The position numbers and the translations under genes were made by a program. 64,000 nucleotides of DNA from Rhodothermia bacterium. GTDB taxonomy: Bacteria; Bacteroidota; Rhodothermia; Rhodothermales; UBA2364. This document shows, in pieces, positions 1 to 9,845 of the stretch. Location: NCBI GenBank assembly GCA_017303715.1, contig JAFLBZ010000014.1, positions 3,708-67,707 on the forward strand, written 5' to 3'. The notes beneath the pieces are model-generated. The model did no database searches. It worked only from the letters and a program-made list of their open reading frames with translations, and was not told the DNA's origin. Each line of letters starts with the position of its first letter. Position 1 is the first letter of the stretch.

Positions 1-153
1 TGCGGAAGTAACGGCTTGTGTTCCCAAAAGGTTACAAGGCATTAAGGTTCACCGTATCTTATTATTGACAAAGGGCTTTTTACGTTGTAAATATCGTTGT
101 ATCCAGTATATAGACACCTTGCCCTAAATCATTAATGATCTTATCTTTGGAGA

Positions 154-852
154 ATGAAAATGCGTAAATTAGTGTTCTTGTTTGTTGTTATGGCATCTCT
201 ACCGGGGTGTTATCTCTTTAAAAAACAAACAACTTATTATGGGATCTCTACCGATGCAAAAAATATTGTATTTGTGATGGACATCTCTGGCAGCATGGAA
301 GGTAAAAACGAAGGCGGCCTTTCGGGGCGTGCAACAGCCGCCGCCGCAAATGCGGGCGCAAATGTTGTGGAAAGAACCGTTGGCGGAAGGTTAGGAAATC
401 TTGCTGGAAGCCAAATCCGGAAACAAACCACCAAATTAGGCTCTGCCAAAAGGGAACTCATCCCAACGATCAAAGGATTGACCGAATCCACGCAATTCTC
501 GGTGCTAATTTTTGAAGATAAAGTCAAATCTTGGCGCACAGCTCCAGTAACAGCCTCCGCTACGAACAAAAATTTGGCGGCTGTTTATATTGACGCCGTA
601 CAATCCGGTGGCGGAACTTCCGCAAAAGCAGCCTTAGAGCAAGCATTCCGCATTGGGGGAATAGATGCCATTTTCTTTGTGACCGATGGCCAACCAACGG
701 ATGCAAGTGCGCAAGAAATCTTAAACTTGGTGGCCTCGAAAAACCGTTCTAAAAAAATTGTGATCAACTGTATTGGGATCGGAGACGACCAAGATGAGCA
801 GTTCTTGCGCCAACTTGCGGCGGCTAATAATGGGCAGTACTTCAAAAAGTAA
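154..852 (+). CDS. von Willebrand factor type A (vWA) domain lipoprotein
   Basis: 232-aa ORF. Signal peptide ends in the lipobox LPGC. MIDAS-like DISGSM motif, then GGGTS and FFVTDGQPTD, as in vWA folds. Confidence 0.75.
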   Translation: MKMRKLVFLFVVMASLPGCYLFKKQTTYYGISTDAKNIVFVMDISGSMEGKNEGGLSGRATAAAANAGANVVERTVGGRLGNLAGSQIRKQTTKLGSAKRELIPTIKGLTESTQFSVLIFEDKVKSWRTAPVTASATNKNLAAVYIDAVQSGGGTSAKAALEQAFRIGGIDAIFFVTDGQPTDASAQEILNLVASKNRSKKIVINCIGIGDDQDEQFLRQLAAANNGQYFKK

Positions 853-1108
853 ACAAATTGCACGTATTAAACACCTAAATAAATGGGGTATATCATTCGA
901 TGTACTCCATATATTTTTTATAAAAAGACCAATACTCCTAATTATTTATAGATATTCAAGTATTCCCCGAAAATCTATTGATAATTCAAAGGTTTTTCTT
1001 TGGAAGATGGGCGTTTCTGGTTGATTATACTTGATCTACAATCCCTGCAAACGTTTTTTCAACTGATGGGTCTATACCCTTAACATTCGACAAAACCCTT
1101 TTAACAAC

Positions 1109-4100
1109 GTGGATAATTTAGGTTATAACACTGGGTATATCGAGGAACTATATAGCCAGTACCTCCAGAACCCGCAGTCCGTAAGTGGCGTTTGGCAGGA
1201 GTTCTTTAAAGACTACCGTCCAGAAGCTACCACACAGGCAAGCGCACAATCACGTGCCGCATATGAAACGGCTGTTGCTACACAAGAGCAAAAGGTTGTT
1301 ACGCAAGACGAGAAGAAAGGCATAGCCCCACCACCGACGCCTCCAGCATCCAAACAAACAGGGCGAGCGATCAGTTATCCGCCGCTACCGCCAGCGAGTG
1401 AGACGGTCTGGCTCAAAGGCGCACCTGCACGCTTGGCAACCAATATGGAGGACAGCCTTTCGGTACCAACGGCAACCTCTTTTTATACGGTTCCTGTAAA
1501 ATTGATGGCAGAGAATCGTCGGTTGATCAACGAGTTCCAGCGAACACGCGGTGGGGCGAAAGTCTCTTTTACCCACCTCATTGCATACGCAATGGTTCAA
1601 GCGCTTAAGAAGTATCCCAATTTATACACCGCTTACCGCTTTGAAGGCGAAAAACCTTGGCATGTTAAGCCCGGGGGCATTAACCTTGGGATTGCGGTGA
1701 GTACCACAAACAAGGACGGTAGTTCGGCTTTGGTGGTTCCGAACATCAAAAATGCAAACGAAAAGAATTTTGCCGCCTTTGTAGGCGCCTTTGATGACCT
1801 GACTAAGCGAGCACGCCAGGGAAAGTTGACGCCCGAAGATTTTGCAGGGACGACGGCCTCACTCACCAATCCGGGGATGATCGGCACGTTTGCTTCTGTA
1901 CCCCGATTAATGGTTGGGCAAGGATTGATTTTGGCTACTGGAGCCATCACTTATCCACCGGAATACCTTGCGCTTCCGCCAGATGAGCTAAGTAGAATGG
2001 GGATTTCTCAGGTAATGGGGCTTACTTCCACGTATGACCATCGCATTATCCAAGGAGCCGAAAGTGGTGCCTTTCTGGCGTACATCGCCAAGTTGCTCCT
2101 TGGGGATGAAAAGTTTTACCACCAAGTTTTCCGCGACTTAGGGCTGGCGCAATTACCGTTCTCATTGGCGACTGACTCAACCTCTGGCGTTGGACGCGGA
2201 ACCTATCATTCCGAGCAAGAGCTTATTAGAAAGCAAGGGCGCGTTATTCAAATGATCCGGGCTTATCGTTGGCGTGGACACCGCTTGGCGGATGTAAATC
2301 CGCTGTGGTATGATCCGCAGTACATTCCGGATTTGGATCAAGCAGAATATGGGCTTTCGATCTGGGATTTAGACCGCTCTTTCTTCTCCGACGGGCTTGG
2401 GGGGAAAGACGAGATGACGCTAAGGGAGATTTTGGACACCCTTTGGGAAACCTACACCCGTAAAGTGGGCGTAGAGTTCATGCACATTGCAGACCCCATC
2501 GAGAAAAAGTGGCTCCAAGACCGAATAGAGTCGCACCGAATGCAAGATCCACTTAGCAATGCCCAAAAAGTCCGAATATTGGATCGTTTAAATGCGGCAG
2601 AAGCATTAGAGAATTTTATCCATACCAAATACATCGGCCATAAACGGTTTTCTCTGGAAGGTGGCGAAACCATGATTCCCATCTTAGACCGTATTCTATG
2701 TGATGCAGCCGATCAAGAAGTGAAGGAAGTGGTGATTGGTATGCCGCACCGTGGGCGCTTGAATGTGCTGACGAATATTCTAAACAAGCCTTATGAGCGC
2801 CTCTTCCGCGAGTTTTCCGGAACCATTGATCCAAATACCATGCACGGATCGGGCGACGTAAAATACCACTTAGGGACTTCCGGAACCTTTGTCGCACCAT
2901 CTGGATCGGAGGTGAATGTGCGCTTGTGTGCCAACCCAAGCCACTTAGAAGCCGTCGGGCCAGTCGTGGAAGGTATGGCGAGGGCCATCCAAGAAATGTA
3001 TTGGGTGGAAGAACACAATAGCAACGTAAACTTCGACCGTGTTCTGCCTATTCTTATCCATGGTGATGCGGCTTTTGCAGGCCAAGGCGTCGTGGCAGAG
3101 ACGTTCCAAATGAGCCAATTGAATGGATACCGCACTGGCGGAACAATCCACGTCATTGTGAACAACCAAATTGGGTTCACCACCAACCCAGAAGATGCAC
3201 GTTCCAGCCAGTATGCCTCAGACATGGCCCTGATGATCCAAGCACCTGTTTTGCGGGTAAACGGAGATGATCCCGAAGCCTGTGTACGTGTCGCACGGCT
3301 TGCAATGGATTACCGACAGGTCTTTAACAAGGACATTGTGATAGACATGGTGTGTTACCGGAAATATGGGCACAATGAAGGTGACGATCCGAGCTATACA
3401 CAACCCCTGATGTATGAGCAAATTAAGCGAAAACGCTCCGTCCGGAATGTATATTTGGAGCTGCTCGTCCGACGTGGAGACCTGACCATAGAGCAAGCCG
3501 AAGCCGCCATGAATGCTTTTCAGGCGACACTACTCTCGGCCTTCGATCGTACCAAAGAATTGCAAGGCTCCAGCGAAAAACCTGCACCCAAACCGCCTTA
3601 TCAATTCCAATACGATACCCGTATTCCAAAAGAGACGGTGGATTTGATCGTCAAAAATCTTTCCGTGTGGCCATCCGGTTTTAATGTACATCCTAAACTA
3701 AAGAACCAATTCCTGAAGCGGGAAAAGACGTATCAAGAAAATGGTACGATAGATTGGGCTTTGGGCGAAGCCCTTGCATTTGGGGCGCTGCTTCTGGAAG
3801 GGCATAAAGTGCGGATTAGTGGCGAGGACTCCCAGCGTGGAACGTTTAGCCATCGCCATTCAGTTTTGCACGACATGACCAATAAAGGTGTGTATGTACC
3901 ACTAAACCATCTCGCCGAAGACCAGGCATCCTATACGGCGTTCGACTCTTTCCTTTCAGAGTATGCGGTCTTGGGATTCGACTATGGATTCTCGGTGGCA
4001 GATCCTTCTTCCTTAACCATCTGGGAAGCACAATTTGGTGACTTTTTTAACGGCGCACAAATTATTTTCGATCAGTTTATCGCCGCCGCCGAGGCGAAAT

Positions 4101-4798
4101 GGAACCAACATTCCGGCTTGGTTTGTTTGTTACCACATGGTTACGAAGGACAAGGCCCAGAACATTCCTCTGCACGTCTTGAACGATTCTTGCAAGCCTG
4201 CGCCGAGGAAAATATCCAAGTTTGCAACTTCACCACACCTGCAAACTACTTCCACGCCCTTCGTCGGCAGGTGAAAATGAAGGTGAAGAAGCCCCTGATT
4301 GTGATGTCGCCGAAGAGTTTGTTAAGACATAAATATGTGGTCTCAAAGCCAGAAGAGTTTACAGGCGGAACCTTCCTCCCCCTAATTCCTTCAATCGCCA
4401 ATACAGAAGATGCAGAAAGACTGGTTTTGTGTAGTGGAAAAGTCTATTTCGATTTGGTTGAACGTATCGAGGCCGAAGGTGGCACGCTCTCCGGTGCAAA
4501 AGTGGCCATTGCACGCTTAGAGCAATTTTATCCATTCCCTGAAGCCGATGTCTTGGCCGAGGTTAAACGGTATAAAAATGCAAAAGAAGTGCTTTGGGTA
4601 CAAGAAGAGCCAGAAAACATGGGCGCTTGGCGGTTTATCCAGTCATACCTAAATGCGGTCATTGCAAAAGGCAATAAAAAGGCCAAAACGGCTCGGTATG
4701 TAGGCCGTGTGGCTTCGGCCAGTACAGCAGCCGGATTGGCCCAAGTACATGCCAGCGAACAAAACGCTATTGTCACCGAGGTGTTAACTATCGGTTAA
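1109..4798 (+). CDS. sucA: 2-oxoglutarate dehydrogenase E1 component, long Kgd/OdhA-type form with an internal E2-like acyltransferase catalytic domain
   Basis: 1229-aa ORF with a GTG start. N-terminus NTGYIEELYSQYLQNPQSVS is typical of SucA. Residues about 100-330 carry an acyltransferase catalytic-domain signature (TSTYDHRIIQGAESGAFL). The rest is E1o-like (GMPHRGRLNVL, HGDAAFAGQGVV, NNQIGFTT). Confidence 0.9.
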   Translation: MDNLGYNTGYIEELYSQYLQNPQSVSGVWQEFFKDYRPEATTQASAQSRAAYETAVATQEQKVVTQDEKKGIAPPPTPPASKQTGRAISYPPLPPASETVWLKGAPARLATNMEDSLSVPTATSFYTVPVKLMAENRRLINEFQRTRGGAKVSFTHLIAYAMVQALKKYPNLYTAYRFEGEKPWHVKPGGINLGIAVSTTNKDGSSALVVPNIKNANEKNFAAFVGAFDDLTKRARQGKLTPEDFAGTTASLTNPGMIGTFASVPRLMVGQGLILATGAITYPPEYLALPPDELSRMGISQVMGLTSTYDHRIIQGAESGAFLAYIAKLLLGDEKFYHQVFRDLGLAQLPFSLATDSTSGVGRGTYHSEQELIRKQGRVIQMIRAYRWRGHRLADVNPLWYDPQYIPDLDQAEYGLSIWDLDRSFFSDGLGGKDEMTLREILDTLWETYTRKVGVEFMHIADPIEKKWLQDRIESHRMQDPLSNAQKVRILDRLNAAEALENFIHTKYIGHKRFSLEGGETMIPILDRILCDAADQEVKEVVIGMPHRGRLNVLTNILNKPYERLFREFSGTIDPNTMHGSGDVKYHLGTSGTFVAPSGSEVNVRLCANPSHLEAVGPVVEGMARAIQEMYWVEEHNSNVNFDRVLPILIHGDAAFAGQGVVAETFQMSQLNGYRTGGTIHVIVNNQIGFTTNPEDARSSQYASDMALMIQAPVLRVNGDDPEACVRVARLAMDYRQVFNKDIVIDMVCYRKYGHNEGDDPSYTQPLMYEQIKRKRSVRNVYLELLVRRGDLTIEQAEAAMNAFQATLLSAFDRTKELQGSSEKPAPKPPYQFQYDTRIPKETVDLIVKNLSVWPSGFNVHPKLKNQFLKREKTYQENGTIDWALGEALAFGALLLEGHKVRISGEDSQRGTFSHRHSVLHDMTNKGVYVPLNHLAEDQASYTAFDSFLSEYAVLGFDYGFSVADPSSLTIWEAQFGDFFNGAQIIFDQFIAAAEAKWNQHSGLVCLLPHGYEGQGPEHSSARLERFLQACAEENIQVCNFTTPANYFHALRRQVKMKVKKPLIVMSPKSLLRHKYVVSKPEEFTGGTFLPLIPSIANTEDAERLVLCSGKVYFDLVERIEAEGGTLSGAKVAIARLEQFYPFPEADVLAEVKRYKNAKEVLWVQEEPENMGAWRFIQSYLNAVIAKGNKKAKTARYVGRVASASTAAGLAQVHASEQNAIVTEVLTIG

Positions 4799-4919
4799 AG
4801 TCGCCACCATACGATTTCGCCAGTGGTTCTTACTGATGTTTGTCGCCGCGACAACAGATTGCAAAAACGCTTCACGCCAAACCTTGGCGCTTACAAAATG
4901 CGAACAAGCGTACAAGAAG

Positions 4920-4957
4920 GCACATGGTTTTAGCACATAAGCCATGTGTCTTTTTAT
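4920..4957 (+). terminator. rho-independent terminator candidate after sucA
   Basis: Stem gcacatgg (4920-4927) pairs with ccatgtgt (4942-4949, one G-T wobble) and is followed by a T-run, ctttttattt. Confidence 0.55.
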
Positions 4958-5156
4958 TTGGGTTCGTATCATCGAGTTGAGGTGTCAATTCTCACGCTTT
5001 TTAAGCGGCGTGTGTATTTTTCCTGAATCAAAGCAAGGCATCCGTCCAGAAAAGAAAATTCAGAAACCCTTTTTATTTACGATGGTATTTATAAAGTTAA
5101 ACAGCCTGATTCTTATTTGGGTTCATTTTTACCACTCCACACAAATCCTTTCTACC

Positions 5157-5765
5157 ATGAAAAACATGCTTTTGGGCGCATTTGCCCTTCTCTTAAGTTT
5201 GTCGCCATCTGCCAGTGCCCAATTTGGGATTGAAGGTGGCTTAACGTTCAATCAACTTTCTGACGCAAAAGTCAACAATGTCGAAAAGTCCTTTGAAAGT
5301 GCGCAAGGGAAACACTTGGGTATTTTTTACGGTATGGGCCGCAATGTAGGGCTACGACTTGGTGTACGGTACTCGGATGCAGAGGGGCTTTACAAAGGCT
5401 TGTCTTCTGGAAATACGGATGGCTTCAAGGCGAATTTTGTTGAATTTCCTGTAGATCTTCGGCTTCGCGTAAACACACCTTTATTAAAGCCATATCTGGT
5501 TGCAGGCCCATTGTTTCGGGTGGCTGCTGGATCGGATGATGAGGACTTTAAAGAGGCTGTAAAATCCTTGAACGTGGCCGCAAGTGTCGGTGGAGGCGTA
5601 GAACTACGTCTTGGAGGGCTTAGCCTGTATCCAGAAATCAATTATACCGTCGGAGTTTCTTCCTTCTTAAAAACGGGCGCAACCATTGGCGGGGTTTCGG
5701 TAAATGCAGAAGACAACAGCCAACTCAATCAATTTGTCATCAAATTGGGGATCGGATTCCATTAA
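5157..5765 (+). CDS. outer-membrane beta-barrel protein (porin-family/OmpA-like barrel)
   Basis: The ORF track starts at 4944, but the ATG at 5157 gives a clean signal peptide, MKNMLLGAFALLLSLSPSASAQ. Alternating beta-strand pattern with a C-terminal aromatic residue (GIGFH). Confidence 0.7.
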   Translation: MKNMLLGAFALLLSLSPSASAQFGIEGGLTFNQLSDAKVNNVEKSFESAQGKHLGIFYGMGRNVGLRLGVRYSDAEGLYKGLSSGNTDGFKANFVEFPVDLRLRVNTPLLKPYLVAGPLFRVAAGSDDEDFKEAVKSLNVAASVGGGVELRLGGLSLYPEINYTVGVSSFLKTGATIGGVSVNAEDNSQLNQFVIKLGIGFH

Positions 5766-5797
5766 TCGTATCCTAAAATGCGCGTTGTAGCGTTGAA

Positions 5798-5822
5798 AAG
5801 CCTCCGTAAATGCGGGGGCTTT
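5798..5822. terminator. hairpin between convergent genes (bidirectional terminator candidate)
   Basis: aagcctccg / cgggggctt stem with a taaatg loop, located between the stop at 5765 (+) and the stop at 5826 (-). Confidence 0.45.
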
Positions 5823-5825
5823 GCC

Positions 5826-6212
5826 TTATGGGGTGTGGAATTTCCGAATGGAGAAAGATAAAACGAACATCCAAAGCGCAATAATGGAGAGGCCGCCTAC
5901 TTCTCGCTCAACCTCGATCACGGCGTCCGTCATTTTCCACGATTCAAACATACGGCCCCAGTCAGCTTTCCCAACAAAAATGGGAGCGATATCTGTAGCC
6001 CACAAAAGTGCCGTCCCCGCTATGAGCAAAGGGAACCACCAACGCAACTGGCCACGCCCAGCCAATATACAGGTGATGGCTGCGAGCAGGTAAATAACCG
6101 CCCATCCAATCGGATCGGGATCGTTGTATTGTAGAATAGCAGAAACAATGAATAAAAACGCAAAAACCAAATTGGCTATATGCAATCGTTTGGGGAAAAG
6201 GGTTATGGACAT
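5826..6212 (-). CDS. small integral membrane protein (TMEM220-like, 4 predicted TM segments)
   Basis: The ORF runs 5826..6293. The internal ATG at 6212 (MSITLFPKRL...) starts directly at the first hydrophobic helix. The family assignment is from memory only. Confidence 0.5.
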   Translation of the reverse strand: MSITLFPKRLHIANLVFAFLFIVSAILQYNDPDPIGWAVIYLLAAITCILAGRGQLRWWFPLLIAGTALLWATDIAPIFVGKADWGRMFESWKMTDAVIEVEREVGGLSIIALWMFVLSFSIRKFHTP

Positions 6213-6555
6213 AAGAAGGCTGGTTTGAATGGAAATGGGGGCACATCTAAGATAAGAAAAGGGCCTCCGGTCTGCAACGAAGGCCCATGTCATTAAGGTC
6301 TGTCCGACACCACCGCCTTCGTCGAATCAGACACATAAAATGTGACGGTACTTAGATGCAAGAACCAATGCGTTACGTTTAATCATTTCTTCGCCGGCTT
6401 CCAAAAAATGTATGCACCACCCGCTAAAAGAATAAATCAACTTTAGAATTGGGTAATTCCTGTGAAACTTAAATAAGGTCTTGAATTACGCTTCTTTTTT
6501 TTGTTAATTAAAGGGCTTGAATAACAATATGTCATAACCAAAACCTCAAAAAACC

Positions 6556-6756
6556 TTGGTAGGGATCAAAATTCGGGAAAACGAGTCTATTGACCGTGCC
6601 CTTCGCCGCTTTAAACGCACCATCAACCGTAGTAAAGTACTCCGTATCTATCGCGATACCCTCGCTTACACAAAGCCTTCGGAAACGAATCGCTTGGCTC
6701 GTCAGAAGTCGGATCGTGTGGCACGTAAAAATAGCCGCGAAGAGTTTGAGTTTTGA
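6556..6756 (+). CDS. rpsU: 30S ribosomal protein S21
   Basis: 66 aa with a TTG start. VGIKIRENESIDRALRRFKRTINRSKVLRIYR... matches the S21 family pattern. Confidence 0.9.
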   Translation: MVGIKIRENESIDRALRRFKRTINRSKVLRIYRDTLAYTKPSETNRLARQKSDRVARKNSREEFEF

Positions 6757-6802
6757 TGTCGTAGGATGTGTCTTCTCGACATATTCGTAGAATGATGATA
6801 TT

Positions 6803-6835
6803 AGGCAATCTTTTTGATTGCCTTTTTTGTTTTCC
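6803..6835 (+). terminator. rho-independent terminator after rpsU
   Basis: Perfect 8-bp stem aggcaatc / gattgcct, loop ttttt, then ttttttgtttt. Confidence 0.7.
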
Positions 6836-6937
6836 AAAAACTTAGATTCTCATGAGAATTTGAAGCACAGCTGCTTAACAAGCCTATGTGATCGTATCTT
6901 ATAAAGATTTTCATCTTAAGTGAAAAAATAGATTTCT

Positions 6938-9784
6938 ATGGGTTTAGCCGATATATTCCAGAAATTAAGTCCCCATGCTCGAACTTCAATCCAACCCGCT
7001 CGGATATTGGATTTTGTATGGTTCCGATTGGAGATGTCGCCCGGAGCAGGCGGAACATTGTGCATTTTAGACCCTGATTACAAACCGTTATCCTATTTAC
7101 CCGATTATTTGGGCTTTGAAGGGCCGACAAGACAAGTCCTAAAAACCTTGACTTATGCCTTCGACAACGAAGCGAAGCATTACGATTGGGAGGACGTTTG
7201 GGCAGAGAACAAAAAAGGAGCCATCGGTGAACCAGCCCGATCTTATCCGATTGACCAAGTGCCCTTGGTTTTGGCGTATTTAAAAGGGTCAAACCTTTTG
7301 TTGAACCCAGACCATTTACCGATCGAATTTGCGGCAGAAAAAGGAAAATTGGAGTTACACCTTACAAAGAAGGCGGAAAGTGAAGACTGGGTGTCTAAAG
7401 TGGTACTTCGGGAAGGTCAAAAAAAGTTAAAGTCGTCCAAAGTGGTGAGCGAGGGTTGGGTATTGGTGAAGAATACCCTTTATGAAATCCAACCACTTGG
7501 CCCGTCTTGGAAAGCCATTACGCACTTGCAAACCGTACTTCAGCAAAATGATATACATCCCTTTTTGTGTATTTTATTTTCTTTGTCACAACAACTTGAA
7601 TTGAAATGGGAAGGATACCAAACCCGTTGGGAAAAGTTGCTCAAGGTACGCACCGGCCTTTTTTTTGATCGTGTGGACATGTTCGATGCCCTACATCTTA
7701 GGATTGCTCCAGCCATTCCGGAACAAGTATTACCCGGAAGTGTTTCGGCATTGGTCAATGTCTCGGTTAAAATTGATGAGTTGTCGCGCCGTATTGTCGT
7801 TCGCCCCATACAGATGGAGTCTCATGCGGAGGTGTTTCGGGTGTTAGAAAACCTCTTAAATAAACTGCACCGTTCGTTGGTCAAGGTGGGGAAACCAGAT
7901 TCTGATTTTATACGGGAAGGGGAAACGCTCATCATAGAAAAAGCATTGGCGCAAGAGTTTGTATATAAACATTTACATGGCTTGGTTCAGACCTATCCAG
8001 TATTTGGTGCAGAAAAGCTACGTTCGTATCGAATCAGGTTTGTTATGCCTACCTTAGAAATGCGTTTAAACAGTGGGATAGATTTCTTAGAGGGCGATGC
8101 CTTACTAAACTTTGAAGGAGAACGCTTCTCGCTGTTCGATGTGCTTAACGATGTGCATAAAACAGGCTATGTCCAACTGAGTGATGGATCACAGGCTTTG
8201 ATTAATGAGGCTTATATCCGAAAATTAGAACGTATTTTCACCAAAATAAACAAAGATGGTGTAAAAATCTCCTTTTTTGATTTACCGCTTGCGGCCTCGC
8301 TTTTGGAACAACAAGTTGGCGATGCCCCCCCAATGCCGCAGGTATGGTCGGTGTATGAAGGCTTTAATTCCGTACAAGACCGAATGTGTGAGATCCCGCA
8401 ATTTCTAGGAAGTTTACGGCCTTATCAGGCCTATGGTGTGTGTTGGATGGATTATTTGCGGGAACATAAATTGGGTGGTTGTTTGGCAGATGACATGGGT
8501 TTGGGAAAAACGGCTCAAACCATTGCCTTGCTTAGCAAGGTTTATCCCGCTGAAGAAAAACCAACCTTGGTTGTTATGCCTACAAGTTTGTTGTTTAACT
8601 GGGAGGCCGAGCTTGAGAAGTTTAATCCCGCGCTCCGGTTTTACACCTATTACCGCCAAAACCGAGATTTGACCGAAGCATGCAAACACGAAGTGATTCT
8701 AACGACTTATGGTATGTTGCGGAGCGACATCGAGGCATTCAAGGAAATTACGTTTCATTACGTTGTATTGGATGAGTCGCAGAACATCAAGAACCTACAA
8801 TCTCAGGCAGCAAAAGCCGCCCTCTTGCTCAAGGCGGAGGTTCGTTTGGCACTTTCTGGAACTCCGATCGAGAACAACTTGGGCGAATTGTATGCACTAT
8901 TCCGGTTCTTGAACCCCTCCATGCTGCGTAGTGAGCAGGAGTTTACCGAGCGCTATGCCACACCAATTCAGAAATTGCAAGACGAGGAGGCGGCGCAAGA
9001 ACTCCGGCGCAAGATATACCCGTTTATCCTTCGTCGCCTAAAGCGTGAGGTCGCCAAAGAGTTGCCAGAACGGATAGACCAGACCTTGTTGGTGGAGATG
9101 AATGACGCGCAACGTAGCTATTACGAACGGCGGCGGCGGTACTACGTGGAAGCCATCCGGAAACAAGTTGCACAAGAAGGTCTTCAGAAAACGCAATTTT
9201 ATATTCTTCAAGCCTTGAATGAGTTGCGCCAAATCGCAAGTATTCCAGAGGCGAAAACAGATGGCCGAATCCGTTCCCCAAAGCGCAATGTGCTAATGGA
9301 ACAATTAACAGAAGCCGCGATGAATGGGCATAAATCCTTGGTGTTTACCCATTATTTAGCCGCTGTAGAGGCCATCGGAGACGAACTGGAGCAAGCTGGA
9401 ATCCCCTACGTAAGCATGACGGGCGCAACTTCCAATAGACAGGAGTTGGTCAAGAAATTCCAAGAAGATGAAGAAACAAAAGTTTTTGTTATGACGCTAA
9501 AAACAGGCGGAACGGGTCTAAATTTGACTGCTGCCGACCATGTTTTTATTTTTGACCCTTGGTGGAATACCGCAGCCGAACAACAGGCTATAGACCGAAC
9601 ACACCGAATCGGACAGGATAAAACGGTTTTTAGCCACAAGTTGATTACCAAAGGGAGCATTGAGGAGAAAATTTTGCAACTACAACAGCAAAAACAATCT
9701 TTGGTCGAGGCCATCATTAGTGCCGAGGAAGGAAGGCTCAAATCTCTATCCGAAGAAGATATCTTGTTTATTTTTGGAAACTAA
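6938..9784 (+). CDS. SNF2/RAD54-family helicase with a roughly 480-aa N-terminal region of unknown function
   Basis: 948 aa. Motifs LADDMGLGKTAQTIALL (I), VLDESQNIKN (II), LSGTPIENNL (III) and GGTGLNLTAADHVFIFDPWWNTAAEQQAIDRTHRIGQ (V/VI). Confidence 0.9.
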   Translation: MGLADIFQKLSPHARTSIQPARILDFVWFRLEMSPGAGGTLCILDPDYKPLSYLPDYLGFEGPTRQVLKTLTYAFDNEAKHYDWEDVWAENKKGAIGEPARSYPIDQVPLVLAYLKGSNLLLNPDHLPIEFAAEKGKLELHLTKKAESEDWVSKVVLREGQKKLKSSKVVSEGWVLVKNTLYEIQPLGPSWKAITHLQTVLQQNDIHPFLCILFSLSQQLELKWEGYQTRWEKLLKVRTGLFFDRVDMFDALHLRIAPAIPEQVLPGSVSALVNVSVKIDELSRRIVVRPIQMESHAEVFRVLENLLNKLHRSLVKVGKPDSDFIREGETLIIEKALAQEFVYKHLHGLVQTYPVFGAEKLRSYRIRFVMPTLEMRLNSGIDFLEGDALLNFEGERFSLFDVLNDVHKTGYVQLSDGSQALINEAYIRKLERIFTKINKDGVKISFFDLPLAASLLEQQVGDAPPMPQVWSVYEGFNSVQDRMCEIPQFLGSLRPYQAYGVCWMDYLREHKLGGCLADDMGLGKTAQTIALLSKVYPAEEKPTLVVMPTSLLFNWEAELEKFNPALRFYTYYRQNRDLTEACKHEVILTTYGMLRSDIEAFKEITFHYVVLDESQNIKNLQSQAAKAALLLKAEVRLALSGTPIENNLGELYALFRFLNPSMLRSEQEFTERYATPIQKLQDEEAAQELRRKIYPFILRRLKREVAKELPERIDQTLLVEMNDAQRSYYERRRRYYVEAIRKQVAQEGLQKTQFYILQALNELRQIASIPEAKTDGRIRSPKRNVLMEQLTEAAMNGHKSLVFTHYLAAVEAIGDELEQAGIPYVSMTGATSNRQELVKKFQEDEETKVFVMTLKTGGTGLNLTAADHVFIFDPWWNTAAEQQAIDRTHRIGQDKTVFSHKLITKGSIEEKILQLQQQKQSLVEAIISAEEGRLKSLSEEDILFIFGN

Positions 9785-9845
9785 GCATAAAAATATAAAC
9801 AGCCAAGCCAATTTTATTGTTTCAGAAATTTAATTACAATCTAAA

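Noticed and set aside
2-127. An open frame entering from the left edge (…KGFLRCKYRCIQYIDTLP-stop) as the 3' end of an upstream gene
   Set aside because: It has only 42 codons and no recognisable motif, so it cannot be supported from this window alone.
4944-5156. The 5' extension of the outer-membrane protein ORF (start at 4944)
   Set aside because: The extension overlaps the sucA terminator hairpin and is Cys/Phe-rich nonsense. The internal ATG at 5157 yields a canonical signal peptide.
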